Positions 63,104-64,000 of a DNA stretch of 64,000 nt are shown in pieces. The stretch comes from Phoronis australis. Taxonomy: Eukaryota > Animalia > Phoronida. The stretch spans positions 39,106 to 103,105 of the forward strand of contig NMRA01000375.1 in the NCBI GenBank assembly GCA_002633005.1, in the 5' to 3' direction. The position numbers and the translations under genes are program-made. The notes beneath the pieces are model-generated. The model was not told the origin of the DNA. It did not search any database and saw nothing but the letters and a program-made list of their open reading frames with translations. Position 1 is the stretch's first letter. The number at the start of each line of letters is the position of its first letter.

Positions 63104-64000
63104 GTTGAAGATCATTTATGGACTATGTGCAATTTCTAAACGTGTGACAAAGTCACGCACGAACATTGATACCAGGGATTTCCGGAAGAGCCCCCACCCA
63201 AAGAGTAAAAGTCTACATTGGGTTCTTTAGAGACCGTTTTGCATGTCTGGCAAATATATGAGCAAGATGTGATTATTTTTGAAGTTTTTGGCTCTTAAAG
63301 GCCTATGGTCCGAGTTATAGAAGAAAAAAACCTCTTAACGCCGTTTAAGCCGGTTTTTTGATGTGACATGGAGTTCAAAAAGTTATTAACTTTCAACTTG
63401 TGCAAAAAGTTTGAAAAAAATCGTTGTAAATACTACAAACGAATGAAATGTTTACAAAGAATTTAGTATCCCGACCGCTAAATAGATTAATATAAACATT
63501 ACAACAACGCATGCGCAGCCACAGATCTAGAGGTCAACAGAATTTATACAAATGGCGGGGAGAGGTGGATCTATGAAGTGTACGTCCGAAGGCGAAACGC
63601 AGTCGTCCTGCTCTACGAGATTCAGAAAAAGACGTGTTAGCCAGTACAAAAAGCGGCATTACCAACAAACCTTGTACCTGTAATCGACTCGTTCGATAGG
63701 TGAGAAACAATGAGGACAAGACAGAATGTTCGAACTCGTGAAGGTTTTACAATTTTACATTACAACAAATGAACAATACCAGGCTTTGGATGGACAAGTA
63801 TAAGTCAGTAAGTGTGCTGTTTGTGAAATGTTCAATGACTCGTATACACGTTTAGAGCATTCACTGATGGGTGACTGATCTCAGTCAGCATACATCGGAC
63901 CCGAATCATTTTGAAGAGCCTCAATTCGAAATTAAGTACATAAGGGCTTTTAGATCAATTTCAACTAGCAGAACAATGTGGCAGGTGGTGTAAATAATTG

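Overview
AT-rich (roughly 38% GC by eye), intron-containing animal DNA. It looks like a marine invertebrate, but the taxon cannot be fixed from sequence alone. Host genes: (1) the 5' part of a minus-strand collagen gene at 12226->1882, with 8 phase-consistent coding exons encoding a signal peptide, a TSPN/LamG domain resembling the collagen IX alpha-1 NC4 domain, and the start of Gly-X-Y; the gene continues beyond the left edge; (2) a previously unannotated-looking minus-strand gene with two coding exons for a ~63-aa secreted peptide (50072->49305); (3) the first coding exon of a plus-strand receptor guanylate cyclase/ANF-receptor-like gene (62901->). The rest is largely transposon-derived. 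It includes a Ngaro-type tyrosine-recombinase retrotransposon (~40.5-45.3 kb; gag-like and recombinase ORFs open, RT/RNase H frameshifted) flanked by two different arrays of conserved motif-plus-hairpin units. Also present: Gypsy integrase/LTR and RT relics, LINE relics, a CACTA-like 4.1-kb element carrying a zinc-finger relic, a foldback element with nested MULE-like and P-like (THAP) insertions, a THAP/PHD-finger coding relic, many MITEs, tRNA-derived SINE heads, and mini/microsatellites. No CRISPR array, rRNA or intact tRNA gene was found.
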